A stretch of DNA of 49,370 bases from Lysobacterales bacterium (GCA_022844165.1 JALHMH010000035.1:1-49370); one strand, 5' to 3'. Positions 1 to 11,102 are shown, counted from the stretch's first letter. Numbers and translations are program-made. Notes: generated from the letters alone by a model not told the origin.

Positions 1-136
1 GCACTTCCTGTGCGTTTCTCAAGTCGCGAGTCCGGCACATGTCCGGACTCGCTCTCCATGGATCAAGCACTTACGTGCTCGACCCATGTGCGAACCATCC
101 AGGGTTCGCGCCCGCAGCCGGTTTCTCAACAGCCTG
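1..136. mobile_element. Partial MITE/REP-like structured repeat, truncated by the window start
   Basis: Ends in GTTTCTCAACAGCCTG (121-136), resembling IS-type terminal inverted repeats (AGGCTGTTGA...TCAACAGCCT). GTTTCTCAA is repeated at 14-22. Three tandem hairpins at 26-52 (perfect 10 bp), 57-88 and 90-109. IHF-like GATCAAGCACTTA at 61-73. Confidence 0.6.
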
Positions 137-188
137 CCAAAGCCTGACGCGCCTCACACCTGCAGGCGAATCATCGGCAAGCATCTTT

Positions 189-2001
<1,813 letters not shown>

Positions 2002-2044
2002 TGCGATTCCCCAAACGGTGAACAGATCTCCCGGCATGTTGCAG

Positions 2045-2061
2045 CGCAAGAGGCTTGCCAA
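2045..2061 (-). promoter_or_regulatory. Sigma54 (-24/-12) promoter of amtB-glnK
   Basis: Minus strand TTGGCAAGCCTCTTGCG, i.e. GG-N10-GC, ending 43 nt upstream of the amtB ATG. Confidence 0.85.
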
Positions 2062-2087
2062 CGTTTGGAGCTTGCACTCGTCATCCA

Positions 2088-2100
2088 CAAGCAGTTGATT
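2088..2100 (-). promoter_or_regulatory. IHF binding site
   Basis: Minus strand AATCAACTGCTTG is an exact match to WATCAANNNNTTR and lies between the sigma54 promoter and the enhancer sites. Confidence 0.7.
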
Positions 2101-2145
2101 TCAATACACTCTTCCGCAGAGTGCCGAAAACCGGTAGACGCAGCG

Positions 2146-2195
2146 TGCGCCAAAGAGATGCAAAAGTGCTGCGTGTCGGGGTCTATTGTGGTGCA
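2146..2195. promoter_or_regulatory. Tandem NtrC-type enhancer sites
   Basis: TGCGCCAAAGAGATGCA (2146-2162) and GGGTCTATTGTGGTGCA (2179-2195) versus the consensus TGCACCA-N3-TGGTGCA; centres are 33 bp apart. Confidence 0.7.
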
Positions 2196-2319
2196 CGTTC
2201 GCTGCCGCACGCGCCAATCGAGCTGGTAAATTCCGCCGTGGATGCATTGCGTCTTCCTGATAGTCTCTTGCGGCAAGCACCCGGCGGCTACGCAACATTC
2301 CATCCAAACGATATTTGCC

Positions 2320-3519
2320 ATGACCGACAGCTCCCTGCAAACGCTGATCGACAAAGTTCGCGCGACCGATCTGAAAAGCGCCGCAAGCGCGCTCGAGGCG
2401 CATAGCGATCAGGAAATTGCGCTGGTGTTGGCGGCACTGAGCCCTGGCCAGGCGGTTGAGGTTCTTGAAGAGTTTCCACTCCATCGACGCGCTACGATTG
2501 CCGCCGAGGCGGCGGCGGGACCCGATTGGCTGGAAGGTCATCGGTACCCGGAACGCACCGTGGGTCGATTGATGGAGCGCGCTCCCGCTGTTTTTCCGGA
2601 ACGTGCGCGCATCGGTGAAGTGGTCGAGACCTTGCGCGACGTGCTGAAAACGCGGCAGGTCGTTTATGTATTTTGCATCGATCAGGCACGCCGACTCACC
2701 GGTGTTGTGGCCTTTCGCGAGTTGCTGTTTTCGCCGCGCGAATCGACGCTCGAGAGTGTCATGGTGCGTGGACCGTTTGCCTTGCAACCCGGCACTTTTT
2801 TGCCTGATGCCATGCGCGAAGTGGTCACACGGCACTATCCGGTCTACCCGGTGTGCCAGACCGACGGCACGCTGCTGGGGCAAGTCAAAGGGCAGGTGCT
2901 TTTTGAGCAACAGGCCTTCGAAATCTCGGCGCAAGCCGGTGCGATGGTCGGTGTCGACAGCGAAGAACGCCTCAATACGCCCTGGCAACGCAGCATGAAG
3001 TTTCGCCATCCGTGGCTGCAATTGAATCTGCTGACCGCGTTTGTGGCCGGGGCCGTTGTCGGCGTTTTCGAAAGTACCGTTGACAAGATCGTTCTGCTCG
3101 CGGTGTTCATTCCCGTTTTGAGCGGGCAATGCAGCAATACCGGATGTCAGGCGCTCGCCGTCACCTTACGCGGTATTACACTGAACGAAGTCGTTCCTGG
3201 CGACGCGCTGCGACTCATGGCCAAAGAAGCCTGGCTGGGATTCCTCAACGGCGCGCTCGTTGGCTTGGTTGCAGCAGCGGCCATGTATGTGCTTGCGATA
3301 CGGAAGAACGAAGCAGAGCCGTTCATGCTCACGCTGATCACCTTCGGTGCCATGACGCTCAGCTGCATGGTCAGCGGCATCGCTGGCGCGGGCGTACCGC
3401 TCATGTTGAAGCGGCTGGGCGCCGATCCGGCAACCGCATCGAGCATCTTCCTGACCACGGCCACGGACGTCGTCAGCATGGGCTTGTTCCTGGGTATGGC
3501 GGCCTGGCTGATTGCCTGA
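2320..3519 (+). CDS. mgtE: Magnesium transporter MgtE family (CBS pair plus TM domain)
   Basis: YPERTVGRLM, CBS-like VYVFCID and YPVYPV, RHPWLQLNL, ADPATASSIFLTTATD with the Mg-binding Asp. Start 2320 chosen because 2242 adds a non-homologous-looking extension. Confidence 0.88.
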   Translation: MTDSSLQTLIDKVRATDLKSAASALEAHSDQEIALVLAALSPGQAVEVLEEFPLHRRATIAAEAAAGPDWLEGHRYPERTVGRLMERAPAVFPERARIGEVVETLRDVLKTRQVVYVFCIDQARRLTGVVAFRELLFSPRESTLESVMVRGPFALQPGTFLPDAMREVVTRHYPVYPVCQTDGTLLGQVKGQVLFEQQAFEISAQAGAMVGVDSEERLNTPWQRSMKFRHPWLQLNLLTAFVAGAVVGVFESTVDKIVLLAVFIPVLSGQCSNTGCQALAVTLRGITLNEVVPGDALRLMAKEAWLGFLNGALVGLVAAAAMYVLAIRKNEAEPFMLTLITFGAMTLSCMVSGIAGAGVPLMLKRLGADPATASSIFLTTATDVVSMGLFLGMAAWLIA

Positions 3520-3610
3520 CCAGGGCGATTGATCAGCTCCCTCGCGCGACAACAGTGCAAGCTGTTGACACTCTGTGCGGTCTACTGAGTCGACAGCTGC
3601 GGAGGATGCC

Positions 3611-4087
3611 ATGACACGTCGAGGATTGTTGGTCAGCACAGCATTGAGCGGAGGGGTAGCGATGGCACTTTTTGGTCGTAAGTTGCAAGCCGAAGGCGAG
3701 TTCGAGTTTCAGTTAAGCGAAGCGCAGTGGCGCGAGCGACTGAGTGCAGAGGCCTTTTACGTACTCCGCGAGCACGGTACGGAACGCGCCGGCACGAGTC
3801 CATTGAACCACGAAAAACGAGCGGGCCTTTTCCATTGCGCAGGTTGCGATCTGCCACTGTTCGATGCCAGGACCAAATACGAATCCGGCACCGGCTGGCC
3901 CAGCTTCTATGAGCCGCTGCCCAATGCCATCGGAACGAAAGAAGACAAGAGCTGGTTCATGACCCGTGTCGAAGTCCACTGCCGTCGATGCGGTGGGCAT
4001 CTGGGTCATGTCTTCGAGGATGGCCCGAAACCCACCGGCTTGCGCTATTGCATGAACGGCGTGTCGCTGACTTTCAAGCCGAGCTGA
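3611..4087 (+). CDS. msrB: Peptide-methionine (R)-S-oxide reductase with Tat-like signal
   Basis: GTER, CAGC/CRRC zinc ligands, SGTGWPSF, GHLGHVF.DGP.PTGLRYCMN; GGAGGA RBS at 3601; N-terminus MTRRGLL. Confidence 0.95.
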   Translation: MTRRGLLVSTALSGGVAMALFGRKLQAEGEFEFQLSEAQWRERLSAEAFYVLREHGTERAGTSPLNHEKRAGLFHCAGCDLPLFDARTKYESGTGWPSFYEPLPNAIGTKEDKSWFMTRVEVHCRRCGGHLGHVFEDGPKPTGLRYCMNGVSLTFKPS

Positions 4088-4102
4088 CCTCCAAGGCCGC
4101 AA

Positions 4103-5272
4103 TCACCCTCGTGGTGGCGGTGGCGGCGACGACATCGTCATCGCGGGCGGCGGTGGTGGCGGAGTTGCTTTGCGCCGCGACCACCAGGCAACGACACCGA
4201 CGATGGCCACAACAATCGCGATCGCATACAACGGCCGGACGACGATCCAGCTCAGTGCGATGGTGAGTCCGCCAATCGCCAGGGCCATGACCAGTGCCGC
4301 CAGCGCCGCGAACTTGCCAACGAGACGGCCCAATGGCGGCAAAACCCCAGCCACGGCCGATAACGGCGCAAACATCATCGTAAAGGCGATGAACATCGCG
4401 AATACACCACCGGCTCTAAAGACCCACCCAAACACCGAATTGGCGGTTTGCGCATTTTCAATGACTGTGGCGGCGTCCACCTGCCCGGCTTCGACCAACA
4501 AGATGCTCGTGCCGACCGGGCTGACCCAAGGCACGAGACCATTACCGGATGGTTCGGCAATCACCGAAGCAAACTGATAGGGCACTTCCGAAAAGCGAAT
4601 CCGCACATCGCCAATCTGCGGGCGATCGTGGTTCGATCCTCGGTACAGCGTATTGCCATCGATCAATCGGAAGTCTGCCGGAAAGCCTTGTGCCTCGCCC
4701 AGCGCGAGCGCCGTATCGTTCAGCGCGTCGAGCACCGCGTCGTTGGCGACGTATGCACCGATCATCGCGTCTTCGGCAACAAAGCGTTCGCTCTCATACG
4801 GCATTGATGATGGGTTTCGATGGCTGGCGTCTTCGAACCTGGAGGAATCGACGAGGTCATCATCCCAGCGCTGCTCGTAGGTGTACGTCGTTACGCGTTC
4901 GGTACCACCACCGATCTTCTGGCGCTCCTCGGTACGCTCGTTTTCGCGCCACTGGTACATTTCGACCTTGCGCTTGATGACGAGCGCGTCGCGCTGCAGG
5001 CCAAACTCGTTATCCATCACAGGCGAGGAGCTCGAAACCTCGGCGCTGAAGTACACCAGTTTGCCTTGATGCGCCGGATCGACTGGCTCGGGATCGATGC
5101 CAATGACCGCCTCTGCGGCAGCAACCAGTCCTTTGTGGTTTTTCAAGGTCCGGTGCTCGTTCCAGGCCAGCACCACGAGCGCGACCAGGATGATCACAAA
5201 CGACAAAAGAAATCCAATGAGCGAGCCTTTGAGCTTGCTGAAAAACCCGATGTGTTCCGTTCGAGTGATCAT
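4103..5272 (-). CDS. TMEM43 (DUF1625/LUMA-like) family membrane protein
   Basis: N-terminal TM ending WNE, KRKVEMYQWRE, PQIGDVRIRF, three C-terminal TMs and a Pro-rich tail. Start is 5272 or 5323. Confidence 0.82.
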   Translation of the reverse strand: MITRTEHIGFFSKLKGSLIGFLLSFVIILVALVVLAWNEHRTLKNHKGLVAAAEAVIGIDPEPVDPAHQGKLVYFSAEVSSSSPVMDNEFGLQRDALVIKRKVEMYQWRENERTEERQKIGGGTERVTTYTYEQRWDDDLVDSSRFEDASHRNPSSMPYESERFVAEDAMIGAYVANDAVLDALNDTALALGEAQGFPADFRLIDGNTLYRGSNHDRPQIGDVRIRFSEVPYQFASVIAEPSGNGLVPWVSPVGTSILLVEAGQVDAATVIENAQTANSVFGWVFRAGGVFAMFIAFTMMFAPLSAVAGVLPPLGRLVGKFAALAALVMALAIGGLTIALSWIVVRPLYAIAIVVAIVGVVAWWSRRKATPPPPPPAMTMSSPPPPPRG

Positions 5273-5333
5273 GGATTGGCTCGCTTCATTGGCTGGTATC
5301 GGTTCACAGAAAGTATGCGGCAAAAGCGCGTCG

Positions 5334-8300
5334 TCAGGATTCGCCGCGAATGGCCCTGACCAACCGTATCAGATCGACGGGCTTGGCGACATGCGCTGCG
5401 AAACCGCGCTCGCTGGCCAGCGCTACATCGTCGGGCGTGGCCCTCGCGGTCAGTGCAATCAACCGCAGACTCGGATACCGGCCACCCACGATCAGCGCCA
5501 GATCGAGACCGCTCATGCCGGGCAGATCCCAGTCGATCAGCACCACATCGACCGAATTGGCACTCAGTTGCACGAGCGCCGCCAGCGCATCGGCGGCGGA
5601 CAACACGTCGGCGCCCAATCTGCGAAGTTCGGCTTCAGTCGCCTCGCGCGCGATGGCGTCGTCCTCCACCAGCAGCACTCGTAATCCGGCCAGCGAACCA
5701 TCTTCCGGCAGCGGATTCTTCCTCTGCGCACGAAACGTCGGCGGCGCCGCCGGCAATCGCAGTTGAAAACATGCGCCGTCGCTCTTGGGCACCACGGTCA
5801 GACTGCCTGCCATACGCTCGGCTAATCGCTTGCTGAGAACCAAACCCAAGCCCGTTCCTGGCGCCAGGCGCTCGCCCGCACCACGCGCAAAGGGTCTGAA
5901 TAGTTTGTTCAGCTGTTCGTCCGACAGTCCCGGACCAGTGTCGATCACGGAAATAGACACTTCCTCGCCGTCGCGCACGGCGCATAGGCGCACGCTGCCT
6001 TTTGCTGTGTACTTCACCGCGTTGCTCAGCAGGTTGTCGATGATTTGCCGCAAACGCGGTGCTGAGGCCCGCGCGGCCAGGCCAGGTTCGATCGCGCATT
6101 CAAAAATCAGCCCTTTGGCGTTTGCGTCATGGCGATAGTGTTCGACTTGCGCGCCAAGTTCATCGCTGATGTCGACCGCTTCTACGGTCAAAGATTCGGC
6201 ATCGGCTTCGATGCGACTCCAGTCGAGCACATTGTCCAGCAAACTCACAAGCTGCGAACCTGCCGAGTTCAGCAGCGCAACGTGTCGCGCACTGGCAGCC
6301 GGCAATGCAGCCGTAGCCAGCAGCCGCGCCATACCGAGCATGCTATTCAGCGGGTTGCGGATCTCATGGCTCAATTCGGCCACCAACGCGCTTTTTTCGG
6401 CCGCCAGTGCTTGCGCCCAATCGAGGCGACGATGCGCTTCCTGCAGGGCGCTCCGGGCTCGCTCGCGGCGCCTCAGCCAGGCAGCGTAGAACCAGAACGC
6501 GCAACCAAGGATCGCGGCGCTCGACAGCATCGCCCACCACCGCCAACCGGGCGAATCTACTGTGATCGACAGCGCTACTTCGTTGCGCGCCGCCTGACCA
6601 AACCCATCCAGCGCGCGTACGCGAAGCGTATAGGTCCCGGGCGCCAAATACCCCAGGTTCAAGGTGGGCGATGCCTGCGGCCCCGGCCATTCTGTGTCGC
6701 GCGGTAACAATCGGAAGGCGAAACGCTGGTCATGCGCACGATCGAGCGTATCGAGGCGAGCATCGATCGTCAGCGCCTGATGGTCGGCGGCCACGCGGAT
6801 CGCGTTCGAACCACGCGTTGTTGTATCGCCGTCGGCGGCCGCAACGCGTATCGAATCGATGCGCAAGGAACTTGGCGCCGGCGCGGAACGAAATTTCGCC
6901 GGGTCGAAATGCAAGACACCGTGTTCGCTCCCGACAAACACGCCGTTGGAATCGACGAAAGCGGGTCGATCGCTCAATTCCCGAGTGGGCAGCCCGTCGC
7001 GGCGATCAAAGCTGGCAATGGTGTCGCTGGCATCGTCCCATCGATACAAGCCCTGCGGACCCATCAACCAAAGCGCGGTGCCATCATCGTGCAATGCGCC
7101 AATGGTCTGCACCTTAGGGAATTTACGGGGCGCGAAGGTTTCGTCGCGATACAAGCCGTCGTGCCATCGATAACGACGCAGTTCGCCATCAACGAATAGG
7201 TGCACGCCGCGCCGACCGATCGAAAACGCATCGACACTGCCCGATACCATTTGGTCAAACGCCGAACGCTCGGCGTCGAACCGGAATAGTCCGGCATCGG
7301 TTGCCAACCACGGCACCGAGTCCGCGCCGGCGGCTATTTGCTGGACTTCGATGCCGAAAAAACCATTGGCAGCAAATGCGAACGTTGTGACCTGACCAGT
7401 CGCATCAATACGGGCCGCGCCCCGCCCCGTTTGCGCGGCCCAGATCTCACTGCCGAATTGCGCAAGCAGATCGACATTGACATCGGTCAATAGTGGGCTG
7501 GTCCGATCGCCTTCGATACGAACCAAGCCTCGATTGTGGCCGATCCAAAGCGTGTTGTTGTTGGCGTGAACCGCCCAAACCCGAACGTCCACGCCGTCGA
7601 CCGGCAGGGCCCGCGCGCGACCTGCGCTGTCGACGCGAATCAACCCCGAGCTCATGGTACCCAACAACAATTCGCCGGAACGACGACTGATGCCACGAAC
7701 GCGGCCATCATTGTACTCGCTGCCTTGCGCCACATCCGGCGCCCAGACTGAGAACCGGCGAGCCGAAAGTGGCCAATGCAACAATCCGCCCCCCCCGGTA
7801 CTCAGCCAGATGCCGCCAGTGCGATCCACATGGCCAGCCCAAAATTGCTGTTTCTGGATGCCACCGATCGCACCCGGACGAAATGCAATCCGTTGCGCTT
7901 GCGCATTGGGCATCGACCAACGCAGCAGCTCGCCGTCGCCGCCCAGCCAGACTTCATTGTCCATCGGCAACACCATCCGTAATCGACCCGGCCGCGCAAT
8001 CTCGGGGACCGCAGTACAACTCACCGCGCCATCCAGTTGGGCCGTGCAGTAGTCACCGTCTCTGGTGGTGAAATGGGCCACACCGTCGCGCACGTAAACG
8101 CTGTAGACGTTTCTCTCTGGCGGGCCGGCAACACGCTGCAGACGCCCGTCGACCAAGCGCCACAGCGCATTGTCGAGCGAACGAACCCAAACGCTGCCAA
8201 GGTCTCCATGCAGATCCGTGATGTTCGCAATTCTGGCATCGACCTCATGCACAGTGCCCATCGAATCGAGACGCAACAGTCCCCTGCCGATCGTCCCTAA

Positions 8301-8723
8301 CAGCATGTCGTTGCCTATTGGCAGCAGCGCAAAAACCGGCGTGTCGGCCCGGCCCCACTCAATGCGCTGAAATCGGTCTTCCGCAAAGCTGTAGCGGGCC
8401 ACGTGCCCACCCTGCGTTGCCGCCCAGACCCGTCCTTCTGCATCGATCGCGAGCGCATCGATGGCGTTGCTGACCAACGCATGCGGATCAGCTGGATCGG
8501 CCACATATATGCGCAGCTGATGACCGTCAATGCGCGCCAACCCATTGTTCGTACCGACCCAGATACGCCCGAATCGGTCCTCAACCATCGCTGAGATGGT
8601 TGCCGACGGCAGTCCCTGGTCAACGCCGAGCACGTTAAACACCGGCTCGGTCGGCGGCAAATCTTGTTCTTCCGCGATGCAAGTCGAGGCCAGTGCCAGT
8701 GTCAGGAGAATCACCCGGTACAT
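5334..8723 (-). CDS. Hybrid sensor histidine kinase: periplasmic beta-propeller/Y_Y_Y, TM, HisKA, HATPase, REC
   Basis: Signal peptide; propeller repeats (GRIWVGTNNGL, DGLP); LAPGTYTLRVRA; ELSHEIRNPL; NLLSNAVKYT; DTGPG; GTGLGL; receiver LLVEDD..DWDLPGMSG..KP. Confidence 0.92.
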   Translation of the reverse strand: MYRVILLTLALASTCIAEEQDLPPTEPVFNVLGVDQGLPSATISAMVEDRFGRIWVGTNNGLARIDGHQLRIYVADPADPHALVSNAIDALAIDAEGRVWAATQGGHVARYSFAEDRFQRIEWGRADTPVFALLPIGNDMLLGTIGRGLLRLDSMGTVHEVDARIANITDLHGDLGSVWVRSLDNALWRLVDGRLQRVAGPPERNVYSVYVRDGVAHFTTRDGDYCTAQLDGAVSCTAVPEIARPGRLRMVLPMDNEVWLGGDGELLRWSMPNAQAQRIAFRPGAIGGIQKQQFWAGHVDRTGGIWLSTGGGGLLHWPLSARRFSVWAPDVAQGSEYNDGRVRGISRRSGELLLGTMSSGLIRVDSAGRARALPVDGVDVRVWAVHANNNTLWIGHNRGLVRIEGDRTSPLLTDVNVDLLAQFGSEIWAAQTGRGAARIDATGQVTTFAFAANGFFGIEVQQIAAGADSVPWLATDAGLFRFDAERSAFDQMVSGSVDAFSIGRRGVHLFVDGELRRYRWHDGLYRDETFAPRKFPKVQTIGALHDDGTALWLMGPQGLYRWDDASDTIASFDRRDGLPTRELSDRPAFVDSNGVFVGSEHGVLHFDPAKFRSAPAPSSLRIDSIRVAAADGDTTTRGSNAIRVAADHQALTIDARLDTLDRAHDQRFAFRLLPRDTEWPGPQASPTLNLGYLAPGTYTLRVRALDGFGQAARNEVALSITVDSPGWRWWAMLSSAAILGCAFWFYAAWLRRRERARSALQEAHRRLDWAQALAAEKSALVAELSHEIRNPLNSMLGMARLLATAALPAASARHVALLNSAGSQLVSLLDNVLDWSRIEADAESLTVEAVDISDELGAQVEHYRHDANAKGLIFECAIEPGLAARASAPRLRQIIDNLLSNAVKYTAKGSVRLCAVRDGEEVSISVIDTGPGLSDEQLNKLFRPFARGAGERLAPGTGLGLVLSKRLAERMAGSLTVVPKSDGACFQLRLPAAPPTFRAQRKNPLPEDGSLAGLRVLLVEDDAIAREATEAELRRLGADVLSAADALAALVQLSANSVDVVLIDWDLPGMSGLDLALIVGGRYPSLRLIALTARATPDDVALASERGFAAHVAKPVDLIRLVRAIRGES

Positions 8724-8738
8724 TGCGTAGGCCTGCGT

Positions 8739-8904
8739 CTAGTCGTCCGTTCCACCAAAAAAATGACATGAGACGGCGTCTTTTTCCGCATGGCGGCGTT
8801 GCTCGTCGTTGCCATAGAGCCCACGATGACGCCTCCTCGCGCCTGGCCCTGCGGAAAAATCCATCCGTTTTATTTGTAATGGTTTTGATGGCACGGACGA
8901 CGAG
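8739..8904. mobile_element. 166-bp MITE-like long imperfect inverted repeat
   Basis: CTAGTCGTCCGTTCCACCAAAA (8739-8760) matches the reverse complement of 8883-8904 at 19/22 positions. Inner perfect pair TTTTTCCGCA (8781-8790) / TGCGGAAAAA (8850-8859), plus further arms. Confidence 0.55.
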
Positions 8905-8962
8905 TGCACCTCACGTAACATGCGCAAAGCATGCGTCGTCGACATTGGTGTATCAAGCGCTC

Positions 8963-10420
8963 ATGAAACTTTCGACAAATATCCGTTGGTTGCTGTCGGC
9001 CCTGGTGCTCGCCACAGCAGTTGGCCTGCTGGCCAGTCTGATTTATGCGACCGATGCGGCGCTGTCTATTCTGGAGCGACTGCAGCGGCTGCCTCTAATA
9101 CTGGCGTTGACAATCGGCACGCTGATGGCGACCGTGATCGGCGCGGCGGCCTGGCTGTTGTGGCGTCTGTTGCGCCGAAAGGCAGTGGTTAAGCCGAATC
9201 GTGCTCAAGACCGTGGCGCCATCGAAGCGCGCCTGACGAAGATCGGCACCCTTGGTTCAGGCATCGCTGCAGAACTGACTGAGTTGGACAAGCGGGCCGC
9301 GAACGGCGAGCTTTATGTCGCTCTGTTTGGCGATGTCAGTGCCGGCAAATCCTCGCTGGCGCGCGCGCTGCTTCCTGGCCAGAACATCGCCACCGACGTT
9401 CGCGCCGGCACGACCCGGCAGGTGAACGTTTACCGTGGCGAGTTGGCCCCAGGCGAGGTCCTGCACATGAGCGACGTGCCCGGGGCCAACGAATGGCAGG
9501 GCGAGTCGCGAGCAGTCGCTGCGCGCGAAGAAGCCGTGCGTGCACATCTGGTGCTGTTCGTCGTCGACGGTGATTTGACCCGCTCGCAACGCGAAGAAGT
9601 CGATTGGCTTGAAAAATTCGGAAAGCCACTCTGGTTGGTATTGAACAAAGCCGACCGCTATACGCGCGCCGAGCTCGATACGCTCTCGGCGCACCTCAAG
9701 AAGCGCCATCGCGACCTTTTTGTTGTCAGTGCTGGCGGCACCGAACGGGTGGATAAGATCGACGCCGACGGCAAAGTGAGCAGGGGCGAGCGCATCCGCA
9801 TGGATGTAGGTGTTTTGCGAAGCGCATTACGCACTGCGATCCGGCGCGGCGCAGGGATACTCGAAGGCCAGCGCCAGCGCGCCGTGGAGAAAATCGCAGA
9901 TCTCAAACTCGCGGAAATCGAGACGCGCGAACGAGCCGCCGCAGCGCAGCGCATTGTTCGCGAATATGCACAAAAGGCCGCTGTTGGCGCGCTGGCGGCG
10001 GTGGCCCCAGGCACCGACCTGGTCATACAAGGCGTGCTCGCGACGCGGCTGTTGCAGGCGCTCAGCGATCTTTATGGCGTGCGTATGAGCCAGCTCGACC
10101 TGGATGCCTTCGTGGCGCTCGCAGGCGGGCGCCTGCGCGGCACCAGTGCGCTGGTTCTGGCCATCGCCGGCAACGCGCTGAAGGCTTTTCCCGGACTGGG
10201 CACCATCGGCGGTGGCCTGGTACACGCGGTCGCCTATGCGATGATCTTCGACAGCCTGGGTCGCGCTGTGGCACAAACCTTGGCGCGCGGCGAAGGTTTC
10301 GACCAGAACAACGCATTGGATTCTCTGGACGCAAGCTTGCGCCGCGAATCGCTCCTTGAGCGGGCTCCGGCTTTGCTCAAGTTGGCATTGGAGGCCAAAC
10401 ATGACCATCGAGGCGAATGA
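8963..10420 (+). CDS. Membrane-anchored Era-like GTPase fused to a DUF697/YcjF-like domain
   Basis: Two N-terminal TMs; G1 GDVSAGKSS, G2 GTT, G3 DVPG, G4 NKAD; C-terminal AVAPGTDL...Q..LL..L..LYG. Start taken as ATG 8963. Confidence 0.78.
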   Translation: MKLSTNIRWLLSALVLATAVGLLASLIYATDAALSILERLQRLPLILALTIGTLMATVIGAAAWLLWRLLRRKAVVKPNRAQDRGAIEARLTKIGTLGSGIAAELTELDKRAANGELYVALFGDVSAGKSSLARALLPGQNIATDVRAGTTRQVNVYRGELAPGEVLHMSDVPGANEWQGESRAVAAREEAVRAHLVLFVVDGDLTRSQREEVDWLEKFGKPLWLVLNKADRYTRAELDTLSAHLKKRHRDLFVVSAGGTERVDKIDADGKVSRGERIRMDVGVLRSALRTAIRRGAGILEGQRQRAVEKIADLKLAEIETRERAAAAQRIVREYAQKAAVGALAAVAPGTDLVIQGVLATRLLQALSDLYGVRMSQLDLDAFVALAGGRLRGTSALVLAIAGNALKAFPGLGTIGGGLVHAVAYAMIFDSLGRAVAQTLARGEGFDQNNALDSLDASLRRESLLERAPALLKLALEAKHDHRGE

Positions 10421-11048
10421 GCGGGTGAGTGCTGGCGTACGATTTTGTGCGCTCGCTTTGTGTGCGTTTTTCACTTTGCCGGCGCAAAGCGAGACGTATC
10501 AGGTCGATGCCGTACATTCTTCGATCGTGCTGCGTGTCGATCATCTGGGGTTTTCGCGCTCCGTTGCCAGGGTAACGCGCTGGGACGCGGAACTGATGTT
10601 CGACGAGTCAAACCCGGCACAGAATCGAGTCGATGTGCGCATCGACGCCAACAGTCTGGATTTTGGCGACGAGACCTGGAATCGCACCATGCGCGGCCGA
10701 CGTTGGTTGGACACACGGTCGTTTCCAGAAATCCGCTTTCGCAGCGGGCCAGGTGGCTGGCGCGAGCGCCCGGCGTCTGCAGAAAAAGACCCAGCCCCAT
10801 TCGAGCTTGTCGGTGTGTTGACGCTGCACGGAATCGAACGAGAGGTCATACTTGCCGTGGACCAGAACCGGATTGGCGTCCATCCCTACACGCTCAAAGA
10901 CACGATTGGATTTTCGGCCCGCGGCAGCCTCAAACGCAGCGATTTCGGCATTGACGCCTCATTGGGCGAGGTTGGAGACGTACTCGAAGTGTGGATCGAA
11001 ATCGAAGCGCAAAAAGAAAGCAAACGAACGCCAGGACGCAAGCGTTAA
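10401..11048 (+). CDS. YceI family periplasmic lipid/isoprenoid-binding protein
   Basis: Signal peptide, then YQVDAVHSSI..VDHLGFS, FPEIRF, GVLTLHG, GFSARGSLKRSDFG; GGAGG RBS. Confidence 0.9.
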   Translation: MTIEANERVSAGVRFCALALCAFFTLPAQSETYQVDAVHSSIVLRVDHLGFSRSVARVTRWDAELMFDESNPAQNRVDVRIDANSLDFGDETWNRTMRGRRWLDTRSFPEIRFRSGPGGWRERPASAEKDPAPFELVGVLTLHGIEREVILAVDQNRIGVHPYTLKDTIGFSARGSLKRSDFGIDASLGEVGDVLEVWIEIEAQKESKRTPGRKR

Positions 11049-11102
11049 GGCCTCGCATGAGTCGTTTAAACAAGCACCCATGGCGAACCAGAGGAATCCA
11101 GA

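Noticed and set aside
4105-4165. GGTGGC/GGCGGC short repeats
   Set aside because: They encode the poly-proline tail of the TMEM43 protein and are not an independent repeat.
8739-8904. 6S RNA as the identity of the long hairpin
   Set aside because: Size is similar, but no recognisable 6S conserved motifs or zapA/ygfA context; the termini look more like transposon-derived inverted repeats.
8693-8962. N-terminal extension of the GTPase ORF and the 68-aa ORF 8739-8945
   Set aside because: They overlap the divergent kinase start and the fold-back element, and are not protein-like.
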